DNA of 63,484 bases, the filler included, from Intoshia linei (Eukaryota > Animalia > Orthonectida), in the NCBI GenBank assembly GCA_001642005.1. It is 7 parts of 7 records of this genome, joined end to end, with 100 filler letters (N's around TTAATTAATTAA, not from the genome) between each part and the next. Parts side by side here need not be neighbours in the genome. Positions count along the whole stretch, not along the records: positions 20,822 to 42,671 come from LWCA01000625.1; positions 42,772 to 45,848 come from LWCA01002149.1; positions 45,949 to 50,224 come from LWCA01001954.1; positions 50,325 to 63,484 come from LWCA01001031.1; 3 more parts are not named here. One strand, written 5' to 3'. Positions within the stretch are counted from its first letter, which is position 1. Every line of letters starts with the position of its first letter. Position numbers and translations under genes: made by a program. Shown one piece after another: positions 40,586 through 53,314 of this stretch. The notes under the pieces are model-generated. The model did no database searches. It saw only the letters and a program-made list of their open reading frames with translations, and was not told the origin of the DNA.

Positions 40586-41066
40586 TACTATATACATTTC
40601 ATATCTTGTAGATTTATAATTAAAATTATTGGGTATATTAGTCACCTTAACCGAGGTATTCTTATATTCAAAAATTATACAACATAAAATTTTTATAAAA
40701 ATGTCTAAAAATAATATCAAATTAAAAGATTTCAATATACCTATTGTTTCCTTTGATTATAGTTGAACCATAGTTCAATGAACGTAACGTTCAAATTTGC
40801 ATTTTTATTAGATCAAACTCCATAACATTTAAAAACATGATCCAAACTGTAAGAAAATAATTGCATAATATTTAATTGTGTTTTTACGTTACCCAATAAC
40901 AAAGTCAATGTCCTTTAAAATGAAGTGAATCGAACCAAATTTTTAACCAAGTAAATAACAACCAAAATTATATAAGAAAAAATTTGTTTCAGTAATTTCA
41001 TTATTGTAAAAACGTAATAGAGATTGCAATAAAATTTGTAAAATTAATATAACGAAAAAAGCTTAA

Positions 41067-42112
41067 ATGGGGTATTTGAAAATGTTGGCAATATGCCTAA
41101 CACTAACCTGTAATATTTCCATTTGCATTTTCAATTTATTTTAGATTTTATTTGTGGAATTTCAGCAATGGGTAAAAGTAAAAAAATTAGATATTAATTA
41201 ATATAGCATCCGGAAAATGTCCTATTACAAATTGCAAAAAATGCAACGATCAACCGATAGAATGTTTAGAATGTCAAAAAGGGTATTTTGATGATACCGT
41301 AAACAACAAATGCGGACGTTTATTTAATATTTTAATAATTGTATTAAAAATTTAGAATGTCCTACCGGTTGTTCAGAATGTTCATTAAAAGATACATGTT
41401 CTAAATGTAAAATTGCTAAATTTTGGGAAGCTACTTTAAAAATGTGCTATGGTATAAACATAAAAATTTTGAGTGATTATCTTTAGGCTGTCCAATTCTT
41501 TGTGATGAATGCGATAATGATTTGTCTTGTAAAACTTGTATGCAAAATTATTACAAAATCAGTTTAAACATTAAATGCATTGGTAATATTTTTATTTCAT
41601 TTGCTTGATTTCATATTTTTTAGCCTGTTCATTGGGGTGTAGTGATTGTTATTCTACTTCAGATTGTAAATTTTGCAGACCTGGTTATTACATTGTTGGA
41701 ACTGTTGGTGCCAAATATTGCACGAGTATTATTTTACTTTTTCAGTCTCTAATTTAATAATGTAGAGTGTGCGTCAAATTGCGATTCGTGTAACGATGGT
41801 TCATCATGTACTATTTGTAAACCCGATTTTTACTGGAAATCGAGCAGCAAAGTCTGTGCAAGTAAACATTGTAGTATTTTTTCTCATAGTTTAGCATGTG
41901 GAAGCAATTGGATCAAATGTGACCACAATAATGGATGTACGTCCTGTGATCCAGGATACATTGTAGCAAATGAATTATGCAAACGTATAAATATTGTAGT
42001 TCATTTTTAACCATTCCAATAGCATGCCCAGAACTCGGGAGTGGTGATTGTTCATATTGTCGAGATGAAACTATGGGAAGAGAATGGGATACTGCGTCTC
42101 AAACTTGTTTGT
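41067..42112 (+). CDS. Second CXXC/furin-like repeat protein with signal peptide, 9 exons visible, 3' end unresolved near a gap
   Basis: MGYLKMLAICLTLT|YFICGISAM|ASGKCPITNCKKC.. followed by phase-1 repeat exons (CPTGCSECSLKDTCSKC.., CPILCDEC.., CASNCDSC..) separated by ~33-41-nt introns. Confidence 0.85.
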
Positions 42113-43164
42113 GTAAGTTTAAATTATTAACATTTTTTTAGGAACCATTATTACACTGCACTTCACTCAAATAATTTTTGGGTTGTAACCCATATTTTAA
42201 GAATATTTAAGGTTATATCTCCACATCACAGAAAAAAATAAAAAAATGAATGGTTAATGAGATAATTACACTCATTCAATTATTTTCAATACTAGTTACA
42301 ATTACAGGTATTTCTTGGCGAACATTCAGTTGAGCGATGTATTGTTAAAGTGACATGATCATAGATTTTGCAAATTGATGATATCATTGATTTTTTGACC
42401 AAATTTTTGTGGGATCCATTAAAGAAATTTTTCAACTAAAATTTTGTAGGGTTTTTAAGGGAAGTTTTTTTCAGCCAATTTTAATCATTTTTAAGACACT
42501 TTTGGGATCAAAATTTAATAGGGATTTTTAAGGGAAATTTTTTAACATTTTAAGAGTTCTTCAAAATCTTTTAAAATTAAGTTAAAAATGTTTCCTTGAC
42601 TTGTTTTGAAATTTGAAGGTTAAATTCTTATTTAAATATTATTATTATATTTTAAAAGTTAAATATATTTANNNNNNNNNNNNNNNNNNNNNNNNNNNNN
42701 NNNNNNNNNNNNNNNTTAATTAATTAANNNNNNNNNNNNNNNNNNNNNNNNNNNNNNNNNNNNNNNNNNNNTAATTAAATTGATTTAGTTTGTAGTTTTA
42801 ATTTCGATTTCATAAATCTTTCACTCTTTTCATTATTTTCGTTGGAATTAATGTTTAAATTCTTAAAACCATCTCATTTCTTCTTTATGGGTTATTAAAA
42901 ATTTTGCTTTAAATGTTTTTTTATAAAATATTTCAATGACTTATCAAATAGAAAAAACTTATATACTTCGTACAAACAGCACCTAGCTCTCAATTAATCA
43001 ATCAATTTCCGAAAATAATATTCATGAGACTACAATCTATCTTAAAAATATATATAAAATTTGTTTTTTTTAAAAATATGATTTACTTTTTAAATATAAT
43101 ATTTTAATATTGAAATTTTGATTATTTGATATTTCTATTACATTGCTTAATTTTAAATGTGTAG

Positions 43165-44020
43165 TTATCACCGTGATATATGAAGCAAAAGCGTAAGATT
43201 TACCACAATTACCAGACGAAATTGAAAAAGTTGATATTATAATAAGTGATTATATGGGCTATTCACTGATATCAGAATCAGAACTGACTAGTGTATTATA
43301 TTGTCGTGATAAATTGTTGGCTAAAGGTGGGTTAATATTTTCAGATGAAATCAGTTTAAATCTTGGTGGAATTCAGGACTACAATCATAGGGATGGTAAA
43401 GTCAAATGGTGGAAGAATGAGTATGAATTTAGCATGACTTACATGATTCGATGTGATATGGCTCAAATTGGCAAATTGTATACTGACATTAAAGAAATTT
43501 TTGTAAATATTCATTAACGCGTTTATTAAATTTTTAGAGAGTTAATATGTATTTCATAAAACCGAAAGATGTCAATTTTGAAAAAATATCCACGAAAGTT
43601 AATTGGGGTTCCGTGAAATATAGATGCGATATTTTTCAATTTAATGTTTTTCTCAATTACTGTTGTTTTTAATTTTACATAAATATATTTTCTAAATAAA
43701 AATTTAATATAATATATAAAACCTCTGTAAAAAATATCAGGCCCAAATTGCTTATTGAGAAGGAAAAATACATTTCATCATTAAAAAATTTATGTTTTCA
43801 ATATTAGAAGCGTAATTTTTTAATTAAAAATTAAATTGTTTTATATATGCGACATGCGAAAAAAATTTTTGATCATGCTTTTATGTACCGCGATTTTATG
43901 AAATTTCATAAGGGTTCCGCGCAGTAAAAAAGGTTGAGAAACACTGGTTTAGGACCATATACATTTCCCACTCATTGGAAACAAACAATACATTACACAG
44001 ACTACTTAACTTTAAAATAA
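43165..44020 (+). pseudogene. Type I protein arginine methyltransferase (PRMT1/8-like) pseudogene fragment
   Basis: LPDEIEKVDIIISDYMGYSLISES..SVLYCRDKLLAKGGLIF..KVKWW, plus a downstream exon GPYTFPTHWKQT. In-frame TAA at 43194-43196, missing internal segments, premature stop. Confidence 0.8.
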
Positions 44021-44953
44021 AATATTTATAGTGTTTTAAATGCTACCATTTTTAATAAGCAATTCATAATTTTAAAAATTGCCCATGTTTAATTTATTTG
44101 TTTATGCAAAATTATAGATATATGGTGAAAACGGCACAACTTAAATAATTATAATTACATAACAATGAAAATACAATTGTATTGATATGATCAGAGTTGC
44201 TAAATTAAAAAGTTCATATTGCGCAAAATAGTGAATTGGAAAACAATTTAAAAATTCAAATTGATTTACTAGAAATAATCATTTACATTGTAAATATATA
44301 ATTGTTAATTTTAAATTCAAAATTAATTATTTATTTCATTTCGGCTAAAAAATACATGCTCGGAAAAGCCTATGAGTCAATAGTGACTAAAATAAGTAGG
44401 TTTTGATGAAGTTTCCTTAATATCTAAACAATTTAAATATCCGAAATTATTTGATAAAAATAACAAGTGTTCGGTTCATTTCAACTGTTGAAATGCAAAC
44501 ATAAAATAGACGGACACAGAATATTTTAAAATGTATTGAGTTTTTTAATGATATTAATTTTACAAAATTTTGTTTCAGCATTTTGTTCGACGCATTCGGA
44601 TACAGCTTGTAAGAGATGGAATTAAATAAGGTTGTCAAATCATCGACTGATCTAAGCAACATATATCAAGCGGTAAATATAGCTGATTTTATTTTATTTG
44701 GATTTGAACCAGTATTGATTGTCGAATTAAGTGTGGAATTCATTGTAATATCAGAGAAAATAGAATTGGTTAGATTTTCCCTATGCCTTTTACTGGTTAA
44801 ATGTTGATCCCAATATTTTTTATGTCGTCTCAAATTACTTTATATAAATTCAATGTAATTTGAATTCAAACAAAAAATGGATACAAGAGTACAACATACA
44901 AAAGTAGTAGCGTAAAAGTTTATTTAAATTTTGATCAATTCATTATTCAACAC

Positions 44954-45067
44954 GTAGTTCACAAAGTCTACCTACATAGTCGCTAGTACATACACACGTA
45001 AAAGAATTTATCCCATCAATACAAACGCTAGAATTTTGACACGGAATTGTGGAACATTCGTCCACTT
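44954..45067 (-). CDS. Calcium-binding EGF-domain exon (Notch/fibropellin type); rest of gene disrupted or unresolved
   Basis: 114-nt phase-1 exon: EVDECSTIPCQNSSVCIDGINSFTCVCTSDYVGRLCEL, six Cys and cbEGF consensus. Absent from the ORF track. Confidence 0.8.
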
Positions 45068-46508
45068 CTAAAAACTTTTGTAAAGTCCAATTATTAAAAA
45101 TTAATATAAAATGTGATATTAAGATAAATCATGATTTTAATCAAAAAATATACTTTGCAAACGATTATTACTTATTATAATATGATCATACATCATGTAA
45201 AACGATTAATAAATATTTTGTCTCGTGCATCTAGAGCAGGGGTGCACAACCTTTCCACCAATTCAGCCACAATGCTACTTTTCTCATTGGTGCTACGTCC
45301 GCACAAAATTTACTTCGACAATAAGAAAGTTTACTCTGGAATCCAAAGTCTGGACCTAAATTTTAGGTCTAATAAAATAGTTTTCTTTAAATTTTAATAC
45401 ATTATTGTATCAGCAAGTTTTAATTAATAATTTTCAATTCAAGTTAATCGTTAATTCATTCATAAATTAACACCACATTTGTCATTTATCTGAATCGGAA
45501 TAAATAGCAATACAGTAATAGTAATAGTATTAATGTAGCAGGATTAATGCAGTGCTTCGCATGGGGGTAACTGGTCACCCCAAGGGGTGAATACGAAAAT
45601 TTAGATGATTGTAGGCTAATCTACAATTTTCAACATATTTCATTAAATCATCCAATTAATATAGTCTTATGAGAAAAAACCAAAATTTTACAAACCCTTA
45701 AGAAAGAAATCCCTTTTTACCAATATTTTTTTTTAAAAATCCATTTTTACCAAAGTTTTAGAATAAAAACTATCCTATCTGATTCAAAAAGAAAAAATCA
45801 AATTTTACCAACCCTTAAAGAAAAAAATCGCTTTTACCAATATTTTTANNNNNNNNNNNNNNNNNNNNNNNNNNNNNNNNNNNNNNNNNNNNTTAATTAA
45901 TTAANNNNNNNNNNNNNNNNNNNNNNNNNNNNNNNNNNNNNNNNNNNNAAATTTTAATTAGCCAATTAATATTGACGATATTGGTGCCATCATGCTGGAA
46001 ATATTAAACTATTTAACATATCAAATTTTAACTTTTTTGACTTTTACTTGCCTTAGTTATATGAACTAAAATTTATAAATATAATATATCATTAAAATCA
46101 GCGTTAGATTATCCACAAGATGGATTATTTTTATATAGATGTATTTTTCAGTGTTGTCTAGTGTAATATAAGATTTAATAATAATAATAATAATAATAAG
46201 ATTAAATATGAAATAATAATTAAAATGAAATTATCACAATGTTGTTTTAACAAGAACAAAAAAATTAAATTAACTCAAATTTTACATACTTTAAAAAGAA
46301 AGCTACTGCAATCTAGCCTGTTAGTATTCTAACTTGACATTCTAATTTTATATTTATAGTAGTACATGTTAACTTAAATGTTAAGTTATTGTCATTGTTA
46401 TAGTTAGCAATGTTTGTAGAAATTTATAAAATTTTATTTATAAATATTTTTTGGGTTACATTTTGGACTTTTCACATTATAATGGGAGTTAAATTTTATC
46501 CTTTAGAG

Positions 46509-46865
46509 CAGAGTTGCCCAACCTCTATTGAATTATTATCTATTTTTACATTTTCCAATTTTTGAAGATCTACTAGCCTGACGAAAGCCGAGAACGCAAT
46601 ATAAAAAACAAGCCTATGGTTATGCGAATATATTCATTATTCAGTTTCAAACACAACTTAACTTAATTACAATCATATACATACAAAATTATGTATCAGA
46701 ATTAGCATCTACATTACTGCTGTATTACAAGATTTATACAGCTGTAATTACTAGAAAAAAAACTACTAAATAATGATAGAAATTTTTTCTAAAAATCATC
46801 CCATGATTGACTTTCGGGTACTTGAAGATCGACTGGTTGATCGCGACCGTCGGGTTGGCGTCTAT
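46509..46865. mobile_element. hAT Charlie/Buster-type MITE
   Basis: CAGAGTTGCCCAACCT left end; GATCGACTGGTTGATCGCGACC..GGTTGG decayed right end. Confidence 0.55.
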
Positions 46866-47033
46866 ATTATATAGGATAAATCGTTAGTTAAAAATATATA
46901 CATTTGTATATGAAACATTTCAATTGAAGACGTCCGATATTGGCTAGCTAACTACTTTTTGTACACGCTAAAAAATAGACGAGTTGATCAACTATATACA
47001 AATATTATAAACGTAATCTATAACAATATTTAG

Positions 47034-47446
47034 GTGAGAGCACATTATCGGACTACCAAATTATGAAATCATTTATGAAAACTACTGGAAAAACATTTGA
47101 ATCAATACCATATTTAATGTTAAATCCTAAACACCCAAGATATAGTGACATTTTGTTCACTTTGGATGGCGTAGAATTCACCACTTCTCAATTGCGTCAA
47201 TATTTACCAAAAGTCGCTGATCGATACTATTATGCTCAAAAACAAATCAAAAAATATTTTAATTTACTTGAAACTATAAGGGAAAAACAATTGTTGGAGG
47301 TTTTTTGTATATACGGAAAGGAAGAGGTAGATTCTACTATAAAAACGTTTAGCATAGTAGACGGAGATGTTTCTTCCACTTTGACTGCCGGAGACGGAAC
47401 TGTGTCGCTTGATAGTACTATTTCACATTTATTTAAAAATATTTAA
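47034..47446 (+). CDS. Hypothetical protein exon(s), no recognised family
   Basis: 127-aa ORF with coding-like composition, AG acceptor at 47033 and a spliceable upstream segment (~46912-47012) preceded by an in-frame TGA. Confidence 0.45.
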
Positions 47447-49031
47447 GTATAATTAAACGTAATGGACGAATAAAAAATAGTATTTTATATATTAAAAATA
47501 TTAATTAAGTAATATGATTTATGAATATTATGTATAACTACTAGTTATTAACTAGGTTAACTGTTACGTACTACGTACAAACAGGACCTAGCTCTGCCGA
47601 GGGCACATTTTTATTATACTTAAAAAATAAATTCACGTTGAAAATCTAACTTAATGTAGTTTTGGCCCTGAAGATATAATTTTTTTTATTTTAAATTTAT
47701 GATAATGTTTATGATTTTAAAATCCATATCAGCACATAAAAGTAAAATAAATTGCAACCTCCGAAACTCACATCTTATGGATCAAAAACCTCAATTATCT
47801 TTTTTTTTGAAAAACAACGAGTCGAGAATTTAAAAAAATATACTCATACAGATTTTAAAATCACAAATATTATCAATGATAATTTATCATATATTTAAAT
47901 GTTGAAATTGGAAATCTCTGCTTTAAGAGTCTTAATTAATTAAATAAATTAAGACATAAACATTTATTCTAAAAATATATACTTAGGTTCAAAATTATGC
48001 GACCGGTATGCCTCAAGTCCACAAAATATATTTATAAAACATAACGTTACTCATGAAACAATTCTTACTGATCAAGATGTAGTCAATTTTATAAAAAGTA
48101 ACATGTATACACCCAATTAATATATAAATATTTGTAATAACACTTTTAAATTAGTAGTCTTGATTTCGTGTATGCTACACTACCAAAGAACATTTTCTGT
48201 GGAATATTCCACTTTTATCAACTATCGGAAAAAATTTATTTGTTTACACAAGAATTAAAATTTGCATCAATTTGTGAACTCTAAGCACAAATTCAGTGTT
48301 CGCCAAATTCTTTTATGAGTTCCACCCTGCAGGACTAAAAAAATATCACCCTACCCTTCAAAAAAAATTGTATTATCTAAAAAGCTACAGAAAACCATAC
48401 GAGACGACATAAATATTGTCGCATGCAAAAACTAACGAGCCAAAAGTTACTTTAGAGTGAATATAACTTTACTTCTTAATTCTTTTCAGTTATTGTTACC
48501 GTAATTAGTTGTATGTTCACTTATATCGTATCAAATCTCCTTATCTCTATTACCTAAATCATGGGTTCTTAACCTTTTGTTTCTCAATTTTAAGATGCAA
48601 AATTTCCAATAAATTGAATTAACTTTAATTTTTAACAAATTATAATTAAAATACACATTCTTTCCAAATGTTGAAATTAAATTTATCATTAATTTATGGA
48701 ACTATAACAACAAAAAACAACTGTACACTTAGACAATATAAATTTTAAAATGATTGTTTTAAAATGAATTTAACTTTATATATGGTAACTTATAAATTTT
48801 GTTACCGGTTATTTTAAAAAAATATCATACTAAAGTGTAGTACTGTATAATTATAATATAGTTAACTATTATTTTTTTAAAGTTCTTGAAATCAGTTGGT
48901 AAAACTAGTTTTGTGAAAACCGAAACTAAAATGTCTTTACTATAGTTTCAAAACCGAATTAGTTTCCAATTTAGAAACACTAATTTTAGCTGACGTTGAA
49001 ACATTTATAATCATAAAAACTACAATATAAT

Positions 49032-49944
49032 TTAATCTATAAAATACTTCATTACAGTTTCAGCAATAAATGTTATCTTTATATCATTATGTCTTCCTTT
49101 GTTACTTATACAGACCATGTTATTAGAGTCATACAATTTTTTGAGACCAATTGTGTCAAACCAATAAATTTCGCTTTCATTAAATGACTGAATATGATTT
49201 TGGCCTAATTTTGGATTATAATATTCAAAGCATGCACTTTGGTGTGGCAAAACTAGATCATCATCCAATTGTTGGATCATAATTAACCGTTCAAAATTGA
49301 TTTTTTTGCCGTGATAATTCATATAACCGATAAGAGATTTTTCACGATATAGTTTTTCCTGATATACATCATGCCAATACGATAAAAATGTTATGCTGCT
49401 TGACTTGTATGAATGGTTATAAACAATTTCCGAAATATTATACGCAGTAATTATTGCATCACATATGGAACACATTGGAACATGTGAAATGCCACGATGA
49501 GGAGAAGCCAGTGTCAATAAATTTACCATTTTTGGTCCATTAGTGCATGTTTGAGAAAGTATTCTTAAAAAAACTCCGCCTTGAGAAATGCCTATACCGT
49601 CAAATCCGTTCAGAAAATGTTTCTTATTATAATGCAGCCAGTTGCATGCATAAGTTACTTGGAATAGAGGGAAGAAATAAGAAATGATTGTGTCCAACGA
49701 GGGAAATTTTGTAAATTGTATAACATATATTTTTCTTAAGGTCAACATTTCCAATTGATTGACAACATAATTTACATTTTCAAAATTATCTCCTAACCCT
49801 GACGTTACAAATTAAAATCAAATAATAATAAACAATAAAGAGTATCATACCTGACCATAAAACAATGGGTATATTTCTATTCAGAGCCTTTGGTTTCGAT
49901 ATATTAGTCAAAAATAAAATAGTAGTGAAAATTAAGAATTTCAT
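49032..49944 (-). CDS. PPT1: Palmitoyl-protein thioesterase 1-like, 2 exons
   Basis: Signal peptide MKFLIFTTILFL, PIVLWS|GLGD, nucleophile GISQGGVFLR, NLLTLASPHRGI, SYWHD, DDLVLP (Asp), DTIGLKKL, GRH (His). Confidence 0.9.
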
Positions 49945-50324
49945 TTAAGCAAATAGATATATCGCAGTTTTAGAGTTAATATGTTCTATTTGCATTTTTG
50001 TCAATATAGTGATATATAGCTATCATACTAATCGAGATTCGAATATACATAACGTGTATACTTATGATATAACTCATTTGTGATGTCTAACTGGCAGAGT
50101 GGTTATGGTCATATCGGATCGGTCGGATCCCGATTTGGACATCTTTTTATTTAAGATGACATACATATACACTAGGTTGACTGTTATGTACTACGTACAA
50201 ACAGGACCTAGCTCTGCCGAGGGCNNNNNNNNNNNNNNNNNNNNNNNNNNNNNNNNNNNNNNNNNNNNTTAATTAATTAANNNNNNNNNNNNNNNNNNNN
50301 NNNNNNNNNNNNNNNNNNNNNNNN

Positions 50325-50559
50325 GTCGCCTGTGATCTATTATGTATCCCATAAGACGGTGGTAAATCAATTCAAGTTTCATTTGGTAGAATCTGGTAAT
50401 GTCTATAAAAGCATCGTTGTCTTTTACGAACTTATATACAGGACCAGAAAATTCGGTTTCACTCTCCACCTCATTCATTTCGGCATTTTCAATGATATCT
50501 TCTTCATCATTGATTGCTCTCAACACATTATTTAACAATGATCGGTTTGGATTGGGCAT
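50325..50559 (-). mobile_element. Possible PIF/Harbinger- or ISL2EU-type transposase N-terminus, cut by the gap
   Basis: Acidic N-terminus then AFIDITRFYQMKLELIYHRL..RR, resembling the HTH that precedes DDE_Tnp_4 domains. Catalytic region not visible. Confidence 0.4.
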
Positions 50560-51336
50560 AAACTATAAAGGTAAATAATATATTTTAATGTTAAATATTA
50601 CCAAATACCATGTAGTATATATTTGCAATGGAAATTGAAAAAAAAATTGATATAAAAAAACAAAAACACTAAAGATAAATTGTAAACTTGTGATTTTAAT
50701 TTGAATACATCAAAATAAAAATCATTTTTATGTGGCCATATTACAGATCGCGAGCCGTGAATGTTGAAAAAACAGAATACTAATGTTTTATTGCTTTGAT
50801 ATAAATTTATGCAATAAATATGCAGGTGGTGATCATTTATTAAATTAAAAATGCACGTATATTTAATTAAATTGTATTGTGAAAAACGTTAAGTATATTC
50901 ATTAAATTTGATTGTGATTTATGACAATTGTGCTCCACAGTGTTTGATAGAGTTATGAAGAATTCACTGTACTTTCAAAATAAATCTTAGTTGCAAAAGA
51001 AGTGACAGAGTTATCAAGAGTTATTCGAGTTTAATTAAGTTAATCTCAGTCATGAGATAACTTAGTTTTGAATATTTTCATCCATTATATTTTAATTCTA
51101 AAATTATTTGTCACAGCAACTAGTAAAATTTCAAAAATAGACTTCAAATAACTTGAAATCAAGTACAGTATAATCATTTAAAACCACCATTTTTGACGAA
51201 TAATGTACATTGTATAATTTAATTATTTTTAAGATTATACCCTTATTGTCTATAATCAATTAAAAAGTCAATCCTCGAAACAGCTAACTGTTTGTATCAA
51301 GTACACAACAGTCAACCTAGTATAAAATATAATTAC

Positions 51337-51838
51337 CCTTGTTTCTTTTTTCTTATACTTTTTTGTACATCTTTCACACCTTTACTGACTGCCTTGGCCT
51401 CGAAAGCTAATTATAAAATTATAACTTATAATTCACAAATTACAACACAATAGGTTTAATTGTAAAACATAAACGTAACCCTAGAACTACCTATTTAGAA
51501 AATTTCAGGATTCCGATTATCATTATGCAAAAAGTATACTTAAATTTAATCAAGCTAGTAATTAATGTAATTAAAAATGGATTATACAAAACGAAAGTAT
51601 CAAAACATATTTGAGATTAGTTCAAGGGTCAGGAGTAGTCAGCAATGTCAATTTGTATCAACTACCAGTCGTAACTTCCACTATATTTAAAATTTAACAA
51701 TTTATTACCAACGCCAATTAATTTGTATAATTTCTTGGCAAATTTTCTGCTAACCATAGGTTTAGCAATTTCCAACGTTTGTTGCATTTGCCAATTCCAT
51801 ATTTCTTTTTTGGAAGATTTTTTTAAAACGTCACACAT
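51337..51838 (-). CDS. NHP2: H/ACA RNP subunit NHP2 (L7Ae family), first two exons only
   Basis: EIAKPMVSRKFAKKLYKLIGV|AFEAKAVSKGVKDVQKSIRKKKQG matches NHP2 IA.PLA..KL.KKLYK / GVK.VQK. Downstream exons not found before the gap. Confidence 0.72.
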
Positions 51839-52021
51839 AATTTGAATCGTGTATAAATAAACTTTTATTTTTATTAAAATTTCACATAATTAATTTTAAG
51901 TTACCTCAGTAATGAAAATTAATTTGAACATTTAAAAAAACAAAAATGAATATCGTTTAAATTTAAATGTCATTTGATAATTTAATAAATAATTTGTAAC
52001 AATTGTAATAATATTAAAAAT

Positions 52022-53314
52022 TTATAAAACAGCGGAATCAATGTATCCAAATTTAAGTCTTAATTGTTCCATAAACATGAACGTTAAGATAGTGTGGGGC
52101 CCTAGTCGAACAAAAGCTGGTACAAAACCCTATAATAAATTTTAAAAGTATAACAAAGATAAACCTTGAAAAATCCAAAAATTCCCAATTTTTTCAAGGA
52201 CAAATAAAAATCGTTAAATTTCTAAAAAAGAATTATTTATAAAATAAAAATTTTAAATTAACGATAAATTATAAATGCACCAATTTCTCTTTAGAATCCT
52301 TGGTCATCATTCTAGTTTTCATAACATCAAACGGCATTGTAACTATGTATTTTTTATTTGATTGAATTTAATATTATACCAAATGTAGCCAATACGGCCT
52401 AAAATTTGTGTAAAATTTAATGTAATGAAATGTTATATGTAAAAACAAATACCGCAATCAAGCTTGCAGTGAGGTGTGTAATTTTTTCATCGTCTTTGAA
52501 ATATGTAGTTCTTTGAACAATGAAACCTTTAAATTCATCATATGTTGCCAACTGAAAATATTACATTAAATTTGATATTTAAAATTTCAGTAAATACTTG
52601 AGCAACTGTTATAAAAATAGCCCTAGTAGAAGCCATACTACAACCATTGAAAAATTGAGAAATTCCATTAATTTTATAAATTTTTTTAAATGCATCCAAA
52701 AGGTTTTTGTACCTAAGTTAAAAATATACAATTACGATAAACTGTTGATATCTAGTCTACCGTTTATTTTCTGATATTGCATCAGTTTGCATTCTAAATT
52801 GGATTATAATTAAAAATATTTAAAAACGAAACCTAACATTAATAACATCAGCAGGACAACCCACAATTCCTGCAACTAAACCACCCACAGATGCAGACAT
52901 GATTTTATCAATCAATGAAAATTTTTTATTGTCTGAGGTGTAATTTTGCTTGATCAATTCATAAACCCCAAATCTACTGGCAGTGGAAGTCATCTTAATA
53001 TTTAAATATATTTAATTATTGGTATCAACATCACAGATTAGTTAATTTTTGATTATAATTTATAAATTACTTGACGGAGCATTGAAGCAGGCAAGCCAGA
53101 ATAAAGAGCAAAAGGTCCATTATTTCTTACAATTTTTATAGATAAATTTAACAAATTATTTTTCTTGTTTTGTTCAACCTGTCTCTGAACCTAATTAATA
53201 TATAATTAAAATTAATGAGATTTTTACTTTAAGTAAATCCAAAGGATGTGTTAATAAAACTGCCGCGCAACTAGATATTCCCCCAAAATACCATCGATTT
53301 TGTCTTTTTTGCAT
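52022..53314 (-). CDS. SLC25A10: Mitochondrial dicarboxylate carrier, ~10 exons
   Basis: RWYFGGISSCAAVLLTHPLDLLK|V..ALYSGLPASMLRQ|MTSTASRFGVYE..GCPADVINVR|MQTD..MASTRAIFITVAQ|..THLTASLIA|..TMPFDVMKTRMM..|GFVPAFVRLGPHTILTFMFMEQLR. Confidence 0.93.

Noticed and set aside
23570-46912. Alternative genetic code suggested by scattered in-frame stops
   Set aside because: Conserved genes have no internal stops and end in TAA or TGA; the internal stops are of all three types and fall in decayed loci.
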